Source: a virus. From it: 64,000 nt of DNA. Both the position numbers and the translations under genes were made by a program. The notes beneath the pieces are model-generated. The model was not told the DNA's origin, did not search any database, and was given only the letters and a program-made list of their open reading frames with translations. Of this stretch, positions 26,703 through 35,706 are shown one piece after another. How positions within the stretch are numbered: the first letter of the stretch is position 1; each line of letters begins with the position of its first letter. The DNA lies in the IMG/VR virus record IMGVR_UViG_3300045988_138000. One strand, written 5' to 3'.

Positions 26703-28286
26703 TTATTGTTTGAAAGCTCCTGCCAACAATGGCAAGAAGAAAACAGCAGCACCGATCATGGAGAAGAGAACAACACCCGTTGATACGATAGCCAAGGCCG
26801 CGAACATATAGGTCAACGCCTTTTTTATGCCACAAGAAGACATCTCCTGCTGTGCAGATACCGATTCTTCATTTCCTCGCAGTGTCGGCTCGCCTACCTG
26901 CGGATAGTTACGCTTGCGCTTCGGCTTCGGCTGAGGGTCAGGCTCCGGCTGAAGAATAGGTTCTGGCTCTGCTTCAGACTCCTGGCTCTGATTAATATCC
27001 TGCCCTATAACGTGAGGCTCTGGATGATGAACCATCCCCGACTCGTCTATAACAAGAGGCTCCTCGTCTATAACAAGAGGTTCTTCCTCAATGATAGATT
27101 CTTCCTCCACCTTTCCATCAACGCAAACAATCACATCGCCGTGCAAGCTAACCTCAATCTTGCATCCAGGTGTAAGATCCTTCTGAAGGAACGTGCGCTC
27201 GCTGCCACAGTTAGCATGGGCGAAAAGGTGTCCGTTCATTTCCACCTCGTCAAAGTCGGCAACATACGTCACCTTGCCAGTCTTTTCGCCTACCGTGGTA
27301 TGATGGCCGCGATAGGTGGTTACGGCCTTGAATACGGGACGGAACTTAAATGCGCAGTTATACTTTGCGTCATGGTCTGTCTGTCCGATGCGGTCGTAAT
27401 AGTCGTAGTTGTCAAACCTAAAGACAAGTCCGTCGGTAGGATAGGGCAGCTTCTCGCGCTCCACCTCGGCAGCACACACGATGTTCTCGATGTCCTGCTC
27501 CAGCTCGGCATCCGTATTCTCAAGATTGAGAGCCGACACGAAGCCCGAAGTCTTGAAACCGTTACGCTCAAGGGCTTGCATCGCCGACATGTGTCTTATC
27601 ACGCCGTCCATAATAAGACGGAAAGGATGAAACTCCAGGCGCTTGCACTCGTCAGCCACAGCCACCTTCTTAGCCATGATGCCATTGCTCGTAGAACGAG
27701 GTGATTTGCCAGCCTTGCTATAACGGGCAAACTCCTCAAGCGAAATGATTACCTCACCTCTCACCTCTACTCGGTCGTACTGGCTCCATACGTCCACCTG
27801 GGCAGGAACACCCTGCACATGCTTGATATGGTCCAGGCAGTCGTTGCCAAACAACTCCTTGCCGTGTCCGTAGGTGGCTTCTGCCAATACTCCCTGACGA
27901 TATACTAAGCTCACGGTCTCGCCGTCAAACTTCCACTCTACAGCCACCTCCGTGCCCTTGCTGCCGATATTGGCAGCTCTCTGCTGCGCTCTCAGGTATT
28001 TCACTACCGCCTTGGCATCATGCAGCTTCTTCATCGAGAGGCAAGCCGTGCGACGTGCCACCGTGTGCTTGCCGTTGCCGTTCTCGCTGTAGCACTGCTG
28101 AGTAGGAGAGTCTGGCAATATCTCGTCCGTGTGTTGATCTTCATACTCCTGCAGGGCAAAGTACATCGCGTCGTATTCCTCGTCGCTGATGGTCGGGCGG
28201 TTCAGCCCGAAATATCTATAGTCGTGCATCTTCACCACGTCCACCAGCGCACGATAATCGTCGAAATTCTCTATTGTTTTCATCAT
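26703..28286 (-). CDS. NAD-dependent DNA ligase core (Ia + adenylation + OB) fused to a low-complexity linker and hydrophobic C-terminus
   Basis: ISDEEYDAMY..LPDSPTQ (Ia domain), KxDG motif VEWKFDGETVSLVY, EVRGEVIIS, and an OB-like VGEKTGKVTYVA. The protein then continues as IIEEEPLVIDEEPLVIDE, EPEPILQPEPDPQPKPKRKR and ALTYMFAALAIVSTGVVLFSMIGAAVFFLPLLAGAF. Confidence 0.8.
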   Translation of the reverse strand: MMKTIENFDDYRALVDVVKMHDYRYFGLNRPTISDEEYDAMYFALQEYEDQHTDEILPDSPTQQCYSENGNGKHTVARRTACLSMKKLHDAKAVVKYLRAQQRAANIGSKGTEVAVEWKFDGETVSLVYRQGVLAEATYGHGKELFGNDCLDHIKHVQGVPAQVDVWSQYDRVEVRGEVIISLEEFARYSKAGKSPRSTSNGIMAKKVAVADECKRLEFHPFRLIMDGVIRHMSAMQALERNGFKTSGFVSALNLENTDAELEQDIENIVCAAEVEREKLPYPTDGLVFRFDNYDYYDRIGQTDHDAKYNCAFKFRPVFKAVTTYRGHHTTVGEKTGKVTYVADFDEVEMNGHLFAHANCGSERTFLQKDLTPGCKIEVSLHGDVIVCVDGKVEEESIIEEEPLVIDEEPLVIDESGMVHHPEPHVIGQDINQSQESEAEPEPILQPEPDPQPKPKRKRNYPQVGEPTLRGNEESVSAQQEMSSCGIKKALTYMFAALAIVSTGVVLFSMIGAAVFFLPLLAGAFKQ

Positions 28287-28329
28287 GCTATAATATGTTT
28301 CTAAATTAAAAGTATGTTGTTGCTATTTT

Positions 28330-28503
28330 TTATTCGTTTCCCTGCTGCACTGCCATAATCGTGCGCATGGTGTCTGTGATATACTGACCGCCTCCGTGCT
28401 GGAGAATCCACTCGTGCACATCATCGGCTACGATATATTTTCGTGTCCTGCCCTCCATGGCAGGGCGACCTGATCTTGAATTTTCAGTCTTGATTATTTC
28501 CAT
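28330..28503 (-). CDS. small hypothetical protein (57 aa, below the ORF-track cutoff)
   Basis: Manual translation gives MEIIKTENSRSGRPAMEGRTRKYIVADDVHEWILQHGGGQYITDTMRTIMAVQQGNE. It fills the gap between 28516.. and the ligase gene. Confidence 0.5.
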   Translation of the reverse strand: MEIIKTENSRSGRPAMEGRTRKYIVADDVHEWILQHGGGQYITDTMRTIMAVQQGNE

Positions 28504-28515
28504 ATTTCCCTCGTT

Positions 28516-29133
28516 TTATTTTTTGTCTATAATATCATCATCTGCGGTCTCAGACTCTTTCAGATCCGTTGGCAACCATACAGGCCACCAGGTCACGTCC
28601 AAAGCCCATTGGAACATGTCGCCCTGGTCAGCCTTGTAGTTCCAAAAGACGTGCAGGATTTTGAACACTTCCCAGGCTTCTGCGTCCGTCAGTTCCGACA
28701 ACACGCCTTTCAGGTTTTCCTCCTCGGCTTTCGTCAGGTCCACTGTCTTCTCCATTTCCAACCAGTCGCACACCTCTGCGCACAACATACAAGCCGCGTT
28801 TTCTGCGTCCTTGTCCGATAACAGAAGGCTGTTGGTAGCTGCTGCCATCGCCAGCCAGTATTTCTCGTTGCTCAACTTCCAGATAGCAGAGCGACGAGTG
28901 CGCCAGTCGCTAAGAGCCACCTCCACGTGTTTCTCTGCCATCCAGTCGCCAATCTCGCGCATGATACGTGCCATTTCTGACGCATCAAAAGGAACGAAGT
29001 CGACAAGGACTTTCACCTCCTGACTCTCATTAAACAAACCTTCGCGGAAATCAATCGCGATGCCACTCTCATTGTCTGTCACTGTCCACATCAGATCCTT
29101 GCCCGATGTCAACTCAAATCTTTCTTTTGCCAT
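28516..29133 (-). CDS. hypothetical protein
   Basis: Start moved to MAKERFEL (ATG at 29133). Confidence 0.7.
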   Translation of the reverse strand: MAKERFELTSGKDLMWTVTDNESGIAIDFREGLFNESQEVKVLVDFVPFDASEMARIMREIGDWMAEKHVEVALSDWRTRRSAIWKLSNEKYWLAMAAATNSLLLSDKDAENAACMLCAEVCDWLEMEKTVDLTKAEEENLKGVLSELTDAEAWEVFKILHVFWNYKADQGDMFQWALDVTWWPVWLPTDLKESETADDDIIDKK

Positions 29134-29219
29134 AATCTGTCGTTTTTTTACTTTTTGTTTTGAAATCAGCAAGAAGGCTCTTTTTACCTTTTTACTTTTT
29201 TACTTTTTTACCTTTAAAA

Positions 29220-29444
29220 TTACCTTTCCACCATTCTCAGCTCCGCACCAAGTGCTCCTGCAATCTTGTTGAGTACGTCGATATTGACGGCATACTTGCC
29301 GGCTTCCACACTGCGAATGTTTGAAATAGAGATGCCCGCAATCTTGGCGAGCTGCTCTTGCTCCCAACCCTGGGCGGTACGCATCGCGCGGATGCTCTCG
29401 CCCATGGCCTTACGCTTGTCATAAATGATTTGGTCTTTTTCCAT
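29220..29444 (-). CDS. XRE-family HTH transcriptional regulator
   Basis: IRAMRTAQGWEQEQLAKIAGISISNIRSVEAGKYAVNIDVLNKIAGALG is a classic HTH_3 sequence. Confidence 0.85.
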   Translation of the reverse strand: MEKDQIIYDKRKAMGESIRAMRTAQGWEQEQLAKIAGISISNIRSVEAGKYAVNIDVLNKIAGALGAELRMVER

Positions 29445-29463
29445 ATTGTCTATAATAAATCAA

Positions 29464-30246
29464 TTAATTGTCGTTCTGTTCTATCTGTTCAAGTTTCATA
29501 TACACCAAAGTGTTCTTGTCGTAATATCTTCGAGGCGCAGCCGAGGAAAAGTAGGTGTTCTTACTCTCTTTGATGTAGGGAGCTGCATCCACTAATTTCT
29601 TTCCGAAGCTTGTCAGGGCGTGCGTTTTACCGATGATGTTTATGCCAGACTCGTAAGCCTTCCGCACAGCAACGGCAAAACGATGTAAAGCGGCTTTACT
29701 ATTCTTCTCCTCCTTCGTCACCTTTGCCAACACCTTCAGATGGTCGGTCGTTCGTGCTTTCGTGCGCAACTCCACCGTGCCCTTTTTCCTATAGTTGATG
29801 CAAACGACATACTCACCAGGCTTCAGTTGTTCCAGATGTTCCTCTAAGAGGTCGTACCGCTGCAACACCTCAATAGGCTTAACACATACGCTGTCCTTCG
29901 TGCCGGCAAGCGCAGCCCTAATCTCCTGAGCCTTCTGTAAAGCCTTCGCTTTAGCTTCGGCTTCCGCTTTCAGGCGAAACTCCTCACGCTCTCGCTGCGC
30001 AGTCTCCTCGGCTATCTCACGATCCACGGCAGCGCGTATCTCAGCAACATCGTTGCCCATGTCCCTGCAAGCTGCCCAAAGACCACCACTATGACTCTCA
30101 TGCCCTTTTATTATCGACTTTTCGTTGGTGCATTTGGTGCCATCCATCCGAGTGACACGCAGCCTCCCCGTCAGCTCGTCTCTATATACAAGCATATAGG
30201 TGGAGCGTAGATTCTTCGACTTCCAAACTCTAATCTGTTCTGCCAT
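29464..30246 (-). CDS. hypothetical protein with central coiled coil
   Basis: 260-aa ORF. Confidence 0.7.
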   Translation of the reverse strand: MAEQIRVWKSKNLRSTYMLVYRDELTGRLRVTRMDGTKCTNEKSIIKGHESHSGGLWAACRDMGNDVAEIRAAVDREIAEETAQREREEFRLKAEAEAKAKALQKAQEIRAALAGTKDSVCVKPIEVLQRYDLLEEHLEQLKPGEYVVCINYRKKGTVELRTKARTTDHLKVLAKVTKEEKNSKAALHRFAVAVRKAYESGINIIGKTHALTSFGKKLVDAAPYIKESKNTYFSSAAPRRYYDKNTLVYMKLEQIEQNDN

Positions 30247-30328
30247 AATAAGATTATTTTCTAAATATTTGTTAATAATACAGCCAATTTCTTTGTCCGT
30301 ATTGTTTTATTTCTTATATTTGCAACTG

Positions 30329-30499
30329 TCTCCGGAGGCTTTTAATCGTACCTTTATGGAATAGAAAGAAAACAACAACTTCCGTTGACAGTCAGGCGTC
30401 AGCCTGTGGATTTAAACGTTCTCCAAAGAACGAATTTCTACTATCGTAGATTCGAGCCAGATGGCTCGCGTAGCCCGGCTTAGGTCGGGCTATTTTATT
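30329..30499 (+). ncRNA. candidate structured small RNA (antisense orientation relative to neighbouring genes)
   Basis: TTTG (30292) - 19 nt - TATATTTG (30315-30322) on the plus strand. Hairpins follow at 30393-30406, 30417-30432 and 30453-30468, ending in the terminator tagcccg/cgggcta + TTTTATT (30471-30499). No ORF. Confidence 0.35.
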
Positions 30500-31052
30500 C
30501 CTCCTCGTCTTCCTCCTCACAAGTATTCTGATATTTGTCGCTGTTGCTCACAAGGTCATCAATAGCAGATTTTAGAGTATAATCCTTTTTGGGATAATAG
30601 ACTATATCGCTTTCTAAATCATCATAGAAGTCGGATCCGCGTTCATCCTCAGAGGCTCTTAATATACCTCCGTCAGGATCTAAACAGAAGCCAAAGATAT
30701 ATTCATCTTTACTCCAGCCCCCATAGATATTGATTTCAAAACCATCATAATCAACAGTAACATGGTCAATATATCCTATAAACTTTAGACCATCATTATC
30801 ACCAACACCAATATAAAGAATCCCTTCCTCGTCCTCGCGCAAATCATACCATGCTTCGTCCTCGTGATTCTTGTACCACTTAGACACCTCGCCGTCGTAT
30901 TTAAAAGACGACCACAGATAATAATATAAACGATCTTCTAATATCTCGCTATCGAAAAGGTCTTCACCAAACTTCTTGTATTCCGTGTTATCAGGCGAAC
31001 TGTTTACGCTTTTCAATTCATTAAAACCTGCTATCTCATCTATTTCAAACAT
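30495..31052 (-). CDS. highly acidic hypothetical protein
   Basis: 185 aa, Asp/Glu-rich throughout, ending in CEEEDEEE. Confidence 0.7.
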   Translation of the reverse strand: MFEIDEIAGFNELKSVNSSPDNTEYKKFGEDLFDSEILEDRLYYYLWSSFKYDGEVSKWYKNHEDEAWYDLREDEEGILYIGVGDNDGLKFIGYIDHVTVDYDGFEINIYGGWSKDEYIFGFCLDPDGGILRASEDERGSDFYDDLESDIVYYPKKDYTLKSAIDDLVSNSDKYQNTCEEEDEEE

Positions 31053-31128
31053 ATCTTATGACTTAACCGTGATGTCAAGGGCTGAAACTTGTAATTAAAA
31101 AACCTTGCTATAACAAAGATGTTGCTCT

Positions 31129-31431
31129 TTATTTTAATTGTTTTTTAAGTAAATCTAAAATTATATCCTCTTCTGCTTCGTCAAGATTATAACAAGCATG
31201 AGGGACGATGGTTGTTCTCAGGTTGTCTTTATGTAGATAGATGATGTTTGCGTTCTCGTTCCAAGTGCGAGGCTTATAGCACCTCTTCAACATTTCGGAG
31301 AATGATTTATTCTCCTTCTTTGCATAGTCGGTGTTCCAGATGTTCATAAGAGCAATAAGCTGCTTCCAACTTAATTCGTTCAACTCTATATTGCCATTTG
31401 CTTTTACGATTTTCTCTAATATATTCTCCAT
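31129..31431 (-). CDS. hypothetical protein
   Basis: 100-aa ORF. Confidence 0.65.
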   Translation of the reverse strand: MENILEKIVKANGNIELNELSWKQLIALMNIWNTDYAKKENKSFSEMLKRCYKPRTWNENANIIYLHKDNLRTTIVPHACYNLDEAEEDIILDLLKKQLK

Positions 31432-31521
31432 AAGATTCCCGCTTGCCGTGATGCGGTAGGGCAGAATGGTTTATGTTATTTTTTGTGATTACCCACAGCC
31501 TCCATAAAGAGGCTGCAAGGC

Positions 31522-32925
31522 TTAATGATTAAGTGCATACTCGATGGCCTGCTCTGCATAATATTCAACACCGAACTGCTTGGCATACTTACGGAGGTCT
31601 GCTATTGAGATAGATGTAGCCTTATGGCCTATGGCTTCCTCGTACTTGTGCTTGAACTCCTGAGTACCAGGGCGACAGTTGCCAGCATTCAGCGAGTCGG
31701 CAAAGGTGATCTTCAGGCTGCCGTTCTGTTTCTCTTCCTCGCGTCTCTCGGCTCTCTTGCGCTTGCTCAATATGCGAGCCAGCTTCATGGCTCGGTGCTC
31801 CTCGTTGATGCGGACAGCCTCACGCAGACTCTTAGCCTCGATGTGCTCACCTCTTACAAGGTAGCCCGTATGCTTAGTGATGTCGGCTATAGAGCGTCCC
31901 TGCTCTATCCATTCCACTTTCATTCCTTGGCGATTAAACTCGCCCTTATAGAAGGTAATCAGACCGCCTACATTACGAACCCTGAAGCCCTTCTTGATGT
32001 TCAGGGTGAAGAAACGGCGTATCATTGCGAACTTGCAACTCCGAGAATAACCATCAAAATCTCGTTCCTCATCGCAGACGATATTGTTCTCGTCGGCAAT
32101 ATGACCAGAGATGTTGCCGGTATTTTCACCCGTGCGCAAATTTGCTATAACAAATCCAAATACCGAGAAGTAGTCGTCAATCATCATACTAACGCGCTTC
32201 TGCTCTTCCTCGTAAGCCTTGCGAGCCTTTTCCTCGGCTTTCTCTCTCGCCTTCTGCTCCTTCTCCTGCTCCTTCTTCAACTGCTTCTGATACTTGAGCC
32301 ACATCTTCGCACCTTCTTCAAGCGATAGGCCCTTAGTGTCAATCTCCTTGCATCTGCCCAGAACGCCACGTATGTACGACTGATATTTCTGCACTTGTTG
32401 GGCAATAACTTCCTTAGCCTCCTGACGTGTAGCGAAATCCGCACGTCCCTTATAATAAGGAGTTTCTACGCGCTGAATGATGCCACGCACTTGCTTTCCG
32501 CGGAGGTCAAGCAGCTGGCTGCATGACTTACCCAGAACACGACGTATCATTTCCGCAGTCACCTTATAAGGATATTGACTTGCAACGATACCCTTCCGAA
32601 GGCTATAGTAGTCACAGATTAACGCAACAAAAATGTCGTCGCCATTGTCTTCGAGATTACGATAATCATAAAGACACTTTTCGCCGTAATATCCGAACAC
32701 GTCCTCGTTAAAGGTCTTCTGTAATACCTTATTATTAGAGAGACCAGCCGAGAATGAATAAACATCGAATACTGCTTCGCCAGGGAGCATGTCTATAAAT
32801 TTCCAGATGTCCTCAACGTCTGGAATGTTATAAACAACGTCTGCGTAATAAGGATACACGAATGCGATAGAATCCTTCTTGTCGCCAAACTTCTCTATGA
32901 ACTGCTGTTTGTTGTAAGTCTTCAT
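31522..32925 (-). CDS. hypothetical protein with Lys/Glu coiled-coil segment
   Basis: 467-aa ORF. The antisense ORF 31624..32328 is Leu-rich and judged spurious. Confidence 0.75.
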   Translation of the reverse strand: MKTYNKQQFIEKFGDKKDSIAFVYPYYADVVYNIPDVEDIWKFIDMLPGEAVFDVYSFSAGLSNNKVLQKTFNEDVFGYYGEKCLYDYRNLEDNGDDIFVALICDYYSLRKGIVASQYPYKVTAEMIRRVLGKSCSQLLDLRGKQVRGIIQRVETPYYKGRADFATRQEAKEVIAQQVQKYQSYIRGVLGRCKEIDTKGLSLEEGAKMWLKYQKQLKKEQEKEQKAREKAEEKARKAYEEEQKRVSMMIDDYFSVFGFVIANLRTGENTGNISGHIADENNIVCDEERDFDGYSRSCKFAMIRRFFTLNIKKGFRVRNVGGLITFYKGEFNRQGMKVEWIEQGRSIADITKHTGYLVRGEHIEAKSLREAVRINEEHRAMKLARILSKRKRAERREEEKQNGSLKITFADSLNAGNCRPGTQEFKHKYEEAIGHKATSISIADLRKYAKQFGVEYYAEQAIEYALNH

Positions 32926-32994
32926 ATTCTAATTGCCGCTTATAGGTTGCCGCCCTGTTCTAATGATTAATATTGTTTTCTTTATTTTCTGATG

Positions 32995-33002
32995 CAAAGA
33001 TA
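32995..33002 (-). promoter_or_regulatory. -7 box TATCTTTG (minus strand) upstream of 31522..32925
   Basis: ~70 nt upstream of the ATG at 32925, with a TTTG ~20 nt further upstream. Confidence 0.45.
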
Positions 33003-33119
33003 GTGATAATTTTTGAAACTACCAAAATAAAAAGGACTTTTATTCAGAATAAAATGCACTTTTATTATTTTCTTTACATTTTCCGTCATATTTCACAGAT
33101 TTCGCGAGTTTTTTCGTGT

Positions 33120-33320
33120 CTTCCGTGTCGTATGTCGGTTCACGTTGTCACTCCTTCGGGTGTCGAGCCCTCACATGCCAGCCGTGGGGAGTGGTGCGCT
33201 GCTGCTATCCTCACGGACTGCCAGCAGCTAAAAAACAAAAATACTCAGATGATGATTATGATAGCTCCCGCCGAAGGGGTCGATCCTTCGCAAGGCCGTG
33301 CCGGGCGCGGGATAGGGTGT
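33120..33320. other. GC-rich non-coding island with nested stem-loops
   Basis: cactcc...ggagtg (33150s-33190s), hairpin 33198-33228, and a Y-shaped tcccgc[gaagg-ggtcgat-ccttc][..]gcggga (33256-33307). Only compositionally odd plus-strand ORFs cover it. Confidence 0.5.
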
Positions 33321-33637
33321 TATCTAAGCTCGGACAATTCCAGATGTCCGTATATTATTTTGTCCTGCAGGTCACGCAAGAAGGTCGTTGCACATTCTCT
33401 CTTTTCGTCCTCCTTGAACGTCAGAATCTGTTCCTCACGCGACATGCTTTCATCTTCATACGCGAATGTGCCGTTTTTAATGCCTTAGCACTCCACATCT
33501 GTAATAACTCTCACCTTAACGTGATAATTATCAGCTTGCTTAAAAGCCGCATCAGTAATAGCTTTATAAATTGCATTGTAGGCATGTATGTTGTTGTGAA
33601 ATATTTCAATAATAATCGTTTCTTTTTCATTATTCAT
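33320..33637 (-). pseudogene. small ORF pair separated by an in-frame TAA (either two tiny genes or one interrupted ~105-codon gene)
   Basis: Manual translation gives MNNEKETIIIEIFHNNIHAYNAIYKAITDAAFKQADNYHVKVRVITDVEC-TAA-GIKNGTFAYEDESMSREEQILTFKEDEKRECATTFLRDLQDKIIYGHLELSELR. Confidence 0.35.
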
Positions 33638-34013
33638 AATTTTCCGTCGTTTTTTTAAGGGTTCTTATAATATTTGTCTCATACCACACCGCCGCCTGAG
33701 CCATCGTGTCCTTCAGCTCCTCGATGATCTGCTTGTAGTTGTTCTGAGTGATGGCAATGTGCCGTTCTGGGTGCTTCCCGTCGTGGTCGCCGCTTGCCAG
33801 GTGGATGATGCAGAATGTGCGGTCGGTATCGTGATGAGCTACCATGCCTCGTTGCTTGAGAGCTGCCACCGTGCGGTCGAAGTCTGCAGGAGTGGTGGGT
33901 ATCACCTGCAACACGCTCCAGGGGCGTTCCTGAGCCGTGAGGAGGATGTTCCCTTCCTGCTCACTAAGCAGGAAGGAATGAATTGTTTTAGATGTTTTCA
34001 TACAATTAAGCAA
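33630..34013 (-). CDS. hypothetical protein
   Basis: 127-aa ORF. Confidence 0.65.
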   Translation of the reverse strand: MLNCMKTSKTIHSFLLSEQEGNILLTAQERPWSVLQVIPTTPADFDRTVAALKQRGMVAHHDTDRTFCIIHLASGDHDGKHPERHIAITQNNYKQIIEELKDTMAQAAVWYETNIIRTLKKTTENYE

Positions 34014-34632
34014 CTTTTTCGATGTCCTTCATATATGATGTTATACTAATATCTTCACATATTCGACCGTACACTTCGTATTCAAGACTTTCAGTTTCAC
34101 CTTTCGCTATATATTCTGCCTTAACAATATAATAGAGCATACAAAAGAGATAGGCAGGTTGGAAAGTCTCGTTGTCATCGAACAAGCGGCGTGGCCACTG
34201 GTCGATGTCGTTGGATAGATTGGAAAAGAAGCCATCATAGTTTGTATGGTTCTTCTTTATCCACTTAGCCAACTGATTGCGGTGTTTCCCTATCTTTGCT
34301 ATAATAGCATCCTCCGCAGCCTGTGTCAAGCGAATTTTTACACGACAAGAATCATTTTCAAAATTGTAGTATCGTGGACTGACTACCTCTAAGAACTCCA
34401 GCTCTATATCATCGCTAATAAACTCCTGCATCCACAATTCCCACACCTCCGTATATGCTTGGCAGATGTCGTTCTGGTACTGCTTATAGTCGAAAGTAAA
34501 GTCAACATCCTCCTTCAGACCTTCTTCCTCACACTCATAATATATTGTGTCGTTAGGACTCCAGATGGAGTCGTAAAAGCCTACGAAACTCTGCAATATA
34601 CCTATAGTCTCATTTACAAAAATCTTTTCCAT
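34006..34632 (-). CDS. hypothetical acidic protein
   Basis: 208-aa ORF. Confidence 0.7.
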   Translation of the reverse strand: MEKIFVNETIGILQSFVGFYDSIWSPNDTIYYECEEEGLKEDVDFTFDYKQYQNDICQAYTEVWELWMQEFISDDIELEFLEVVSPRYYNFENDSCRVKIRLTQAAEDAIIAKIGKHRNQLAKWIKKNHTNYDGFFSNLSNDIDQWPRRLFDDNETFQPAYLFCMLYYIVKAEYIAKGETESLEYEVYGRICEDISITSYMKDIEKVA

Positions 34633-34644
34633 AATTCTAATATT

Positions 34645-34896
34645 TTAGTCGTCTATAATAGAGATTCGAGACAACTCATTGTCCACGTGAATCTCGTACC
34701 CTTTATAATTGATGCTATAGCCTATACGGCCATAGCTGCAGAACAGCGGTTCACAAATCATACGAAAACCGTACCAGGCGAAGCGCCATGGATCTTGATT
34801 ATATCCATCAAGCCATTTTTCGCAATCGCCAGAACGTTTCAATATTGCATTGATAAGGCGTTTTAGTTCTGCGGGTATATCTTTTGGTACTCTCAT
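34645..34896 (-). CDS. hypothetical protein
   Basis: 83-aa ORF. Confidence 0.6.
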   Translation of the reverse strand: MRVPKDIPAELKRLINAILKRSGDCEKWLDGYNQDPWRFAWYGFRMICEPLFCSYGRIGYSINYKGYEIHVDNELSRISIIDD

Positions 34897-34948
34897 AATT
34901 GTAATATTTTTATTTGTCTATAATAGGGGCAAATGCCCCCGTGATACC

Positions 34949-35632
34949 TTATTTCCGATTTTCCGCTAATATTTTTCTCACGCTATAATAAGGCGTATTA
35001 AACGGATATTTCACTTCGTTGATGACGTACACCACCATCGGCTCATTCATGCGCAATGTATCTCGACACTCCACACGGCCATACATGCCATGTGCCATGA
35101 GATTCAGGGCGCACATCTTGCAAGCAATAGGATCGCTGTCCTGTGCCACATACTCGAAGCGGCGGCCAGCCGAATGGTCCAGTTTGCTCTTATCCATGTA
35201 GTGAGCCAGGAGCAAACGTCCGCTACCTGCTGCGCAGTCGTTCACCTTGCCATGATTCCCCGCTCCCAAGGCACTAATCCGTGCCATAAGGTCCGAAATA
35301 CTCTGAGGCGTGAAGAACTGCCCCGTTTTCGATGCCTTGCCACGGCTCAAATACATTTCTTCATACAGGATACCGAACACGTCCAGCCACTCGCCACGAT
35401 TCATCGCTGTTGCCACATCGCCCAGCCACTGGAGGGCGAGAGCGGAAAACTCAGGATTCTGCTCTGTGCAACTCAAAATGTGCTGGCTATATTCAACGGT
35501 GCCAGCCTTGAAAGCGTCAATGCTGAAGAACTCTATAAGATAGTCGCAAAAGTCGCTCAGAGCCAGTTCCTGCGGTCTGCTATGCTTGTTAGCCTGTTCG
35601 GTCAATACGTCGATATACTTCTTTTTATCCAT
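34949..35632 (-). CDS. HsdM-like N6-adenine methylase fragment (SAM-binding half; no NPPF/NPPY motif seen)
   Basis: Motif X TGQFFTPQSISDLMA and motif I VNDCAAGSGRLLL are present. The protein ends ~35 aa after VECRDTL without a (N/D)PP(F/Y) motif. Confidence 0.7.
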   Translation of the reverse strand: MDKKKYIDVLTEQANKHSRPQELALSDFCDYLIEFFSIDAFKAGTVEYSQHILSCTEQNPEFSALALQWLGDVATAMNRGEWLDVFGILYEEMYLSRGKASKTGQFFTPQSISDLMARISALGAGNHGKVNDCAAGSGRLLLAHYMDKSKLDHSAGRRFEYVAQDSDPIACKMCALNLMAHGMYGRVECRDTLRMNEPMVVYVINEVKYPFNTPYYSVRKILAENRK

Positions 35633-35650
35633 GATTTTCTCAAAATTTTA

Positions 35651-35706
35651 TGTGTTCTATAATAGGGCTGCCCTACTGCCAGGTGCAGCCCCGTGAATGA
35701 TGATTT
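35651..35706. repeat. intergenic cassette, copy 1 (CTATAATA + hairpin)
   Basis: ttctataatagggctgccctactgccaggtgcagccccgtgaatgatgatt. Stem gggctgc/gcagccc at 35665-35691. Confidence 0.8.

Noticed and set aside
33256-33307. tRNA or tRNA-like gene
   Set aside because: Only an acceptor-like 6-bp stem plus one T-arm-like hairpin (~50 nt) is present, with no D or anticodon arms. No GGTTCGAATCC-type T-loop was seen anywhere in the window.
32973-33658. Plus-strand ORFs 32973..33488 and 33116..33658
   Set aside because: They span an AT-rich promoter region plus the GC-rich stem-loop island and run antisense to small minus-strand ORFs. The composition is odd and both lack an ATG start (one is TTG-initiated, the other GTG-initiated).
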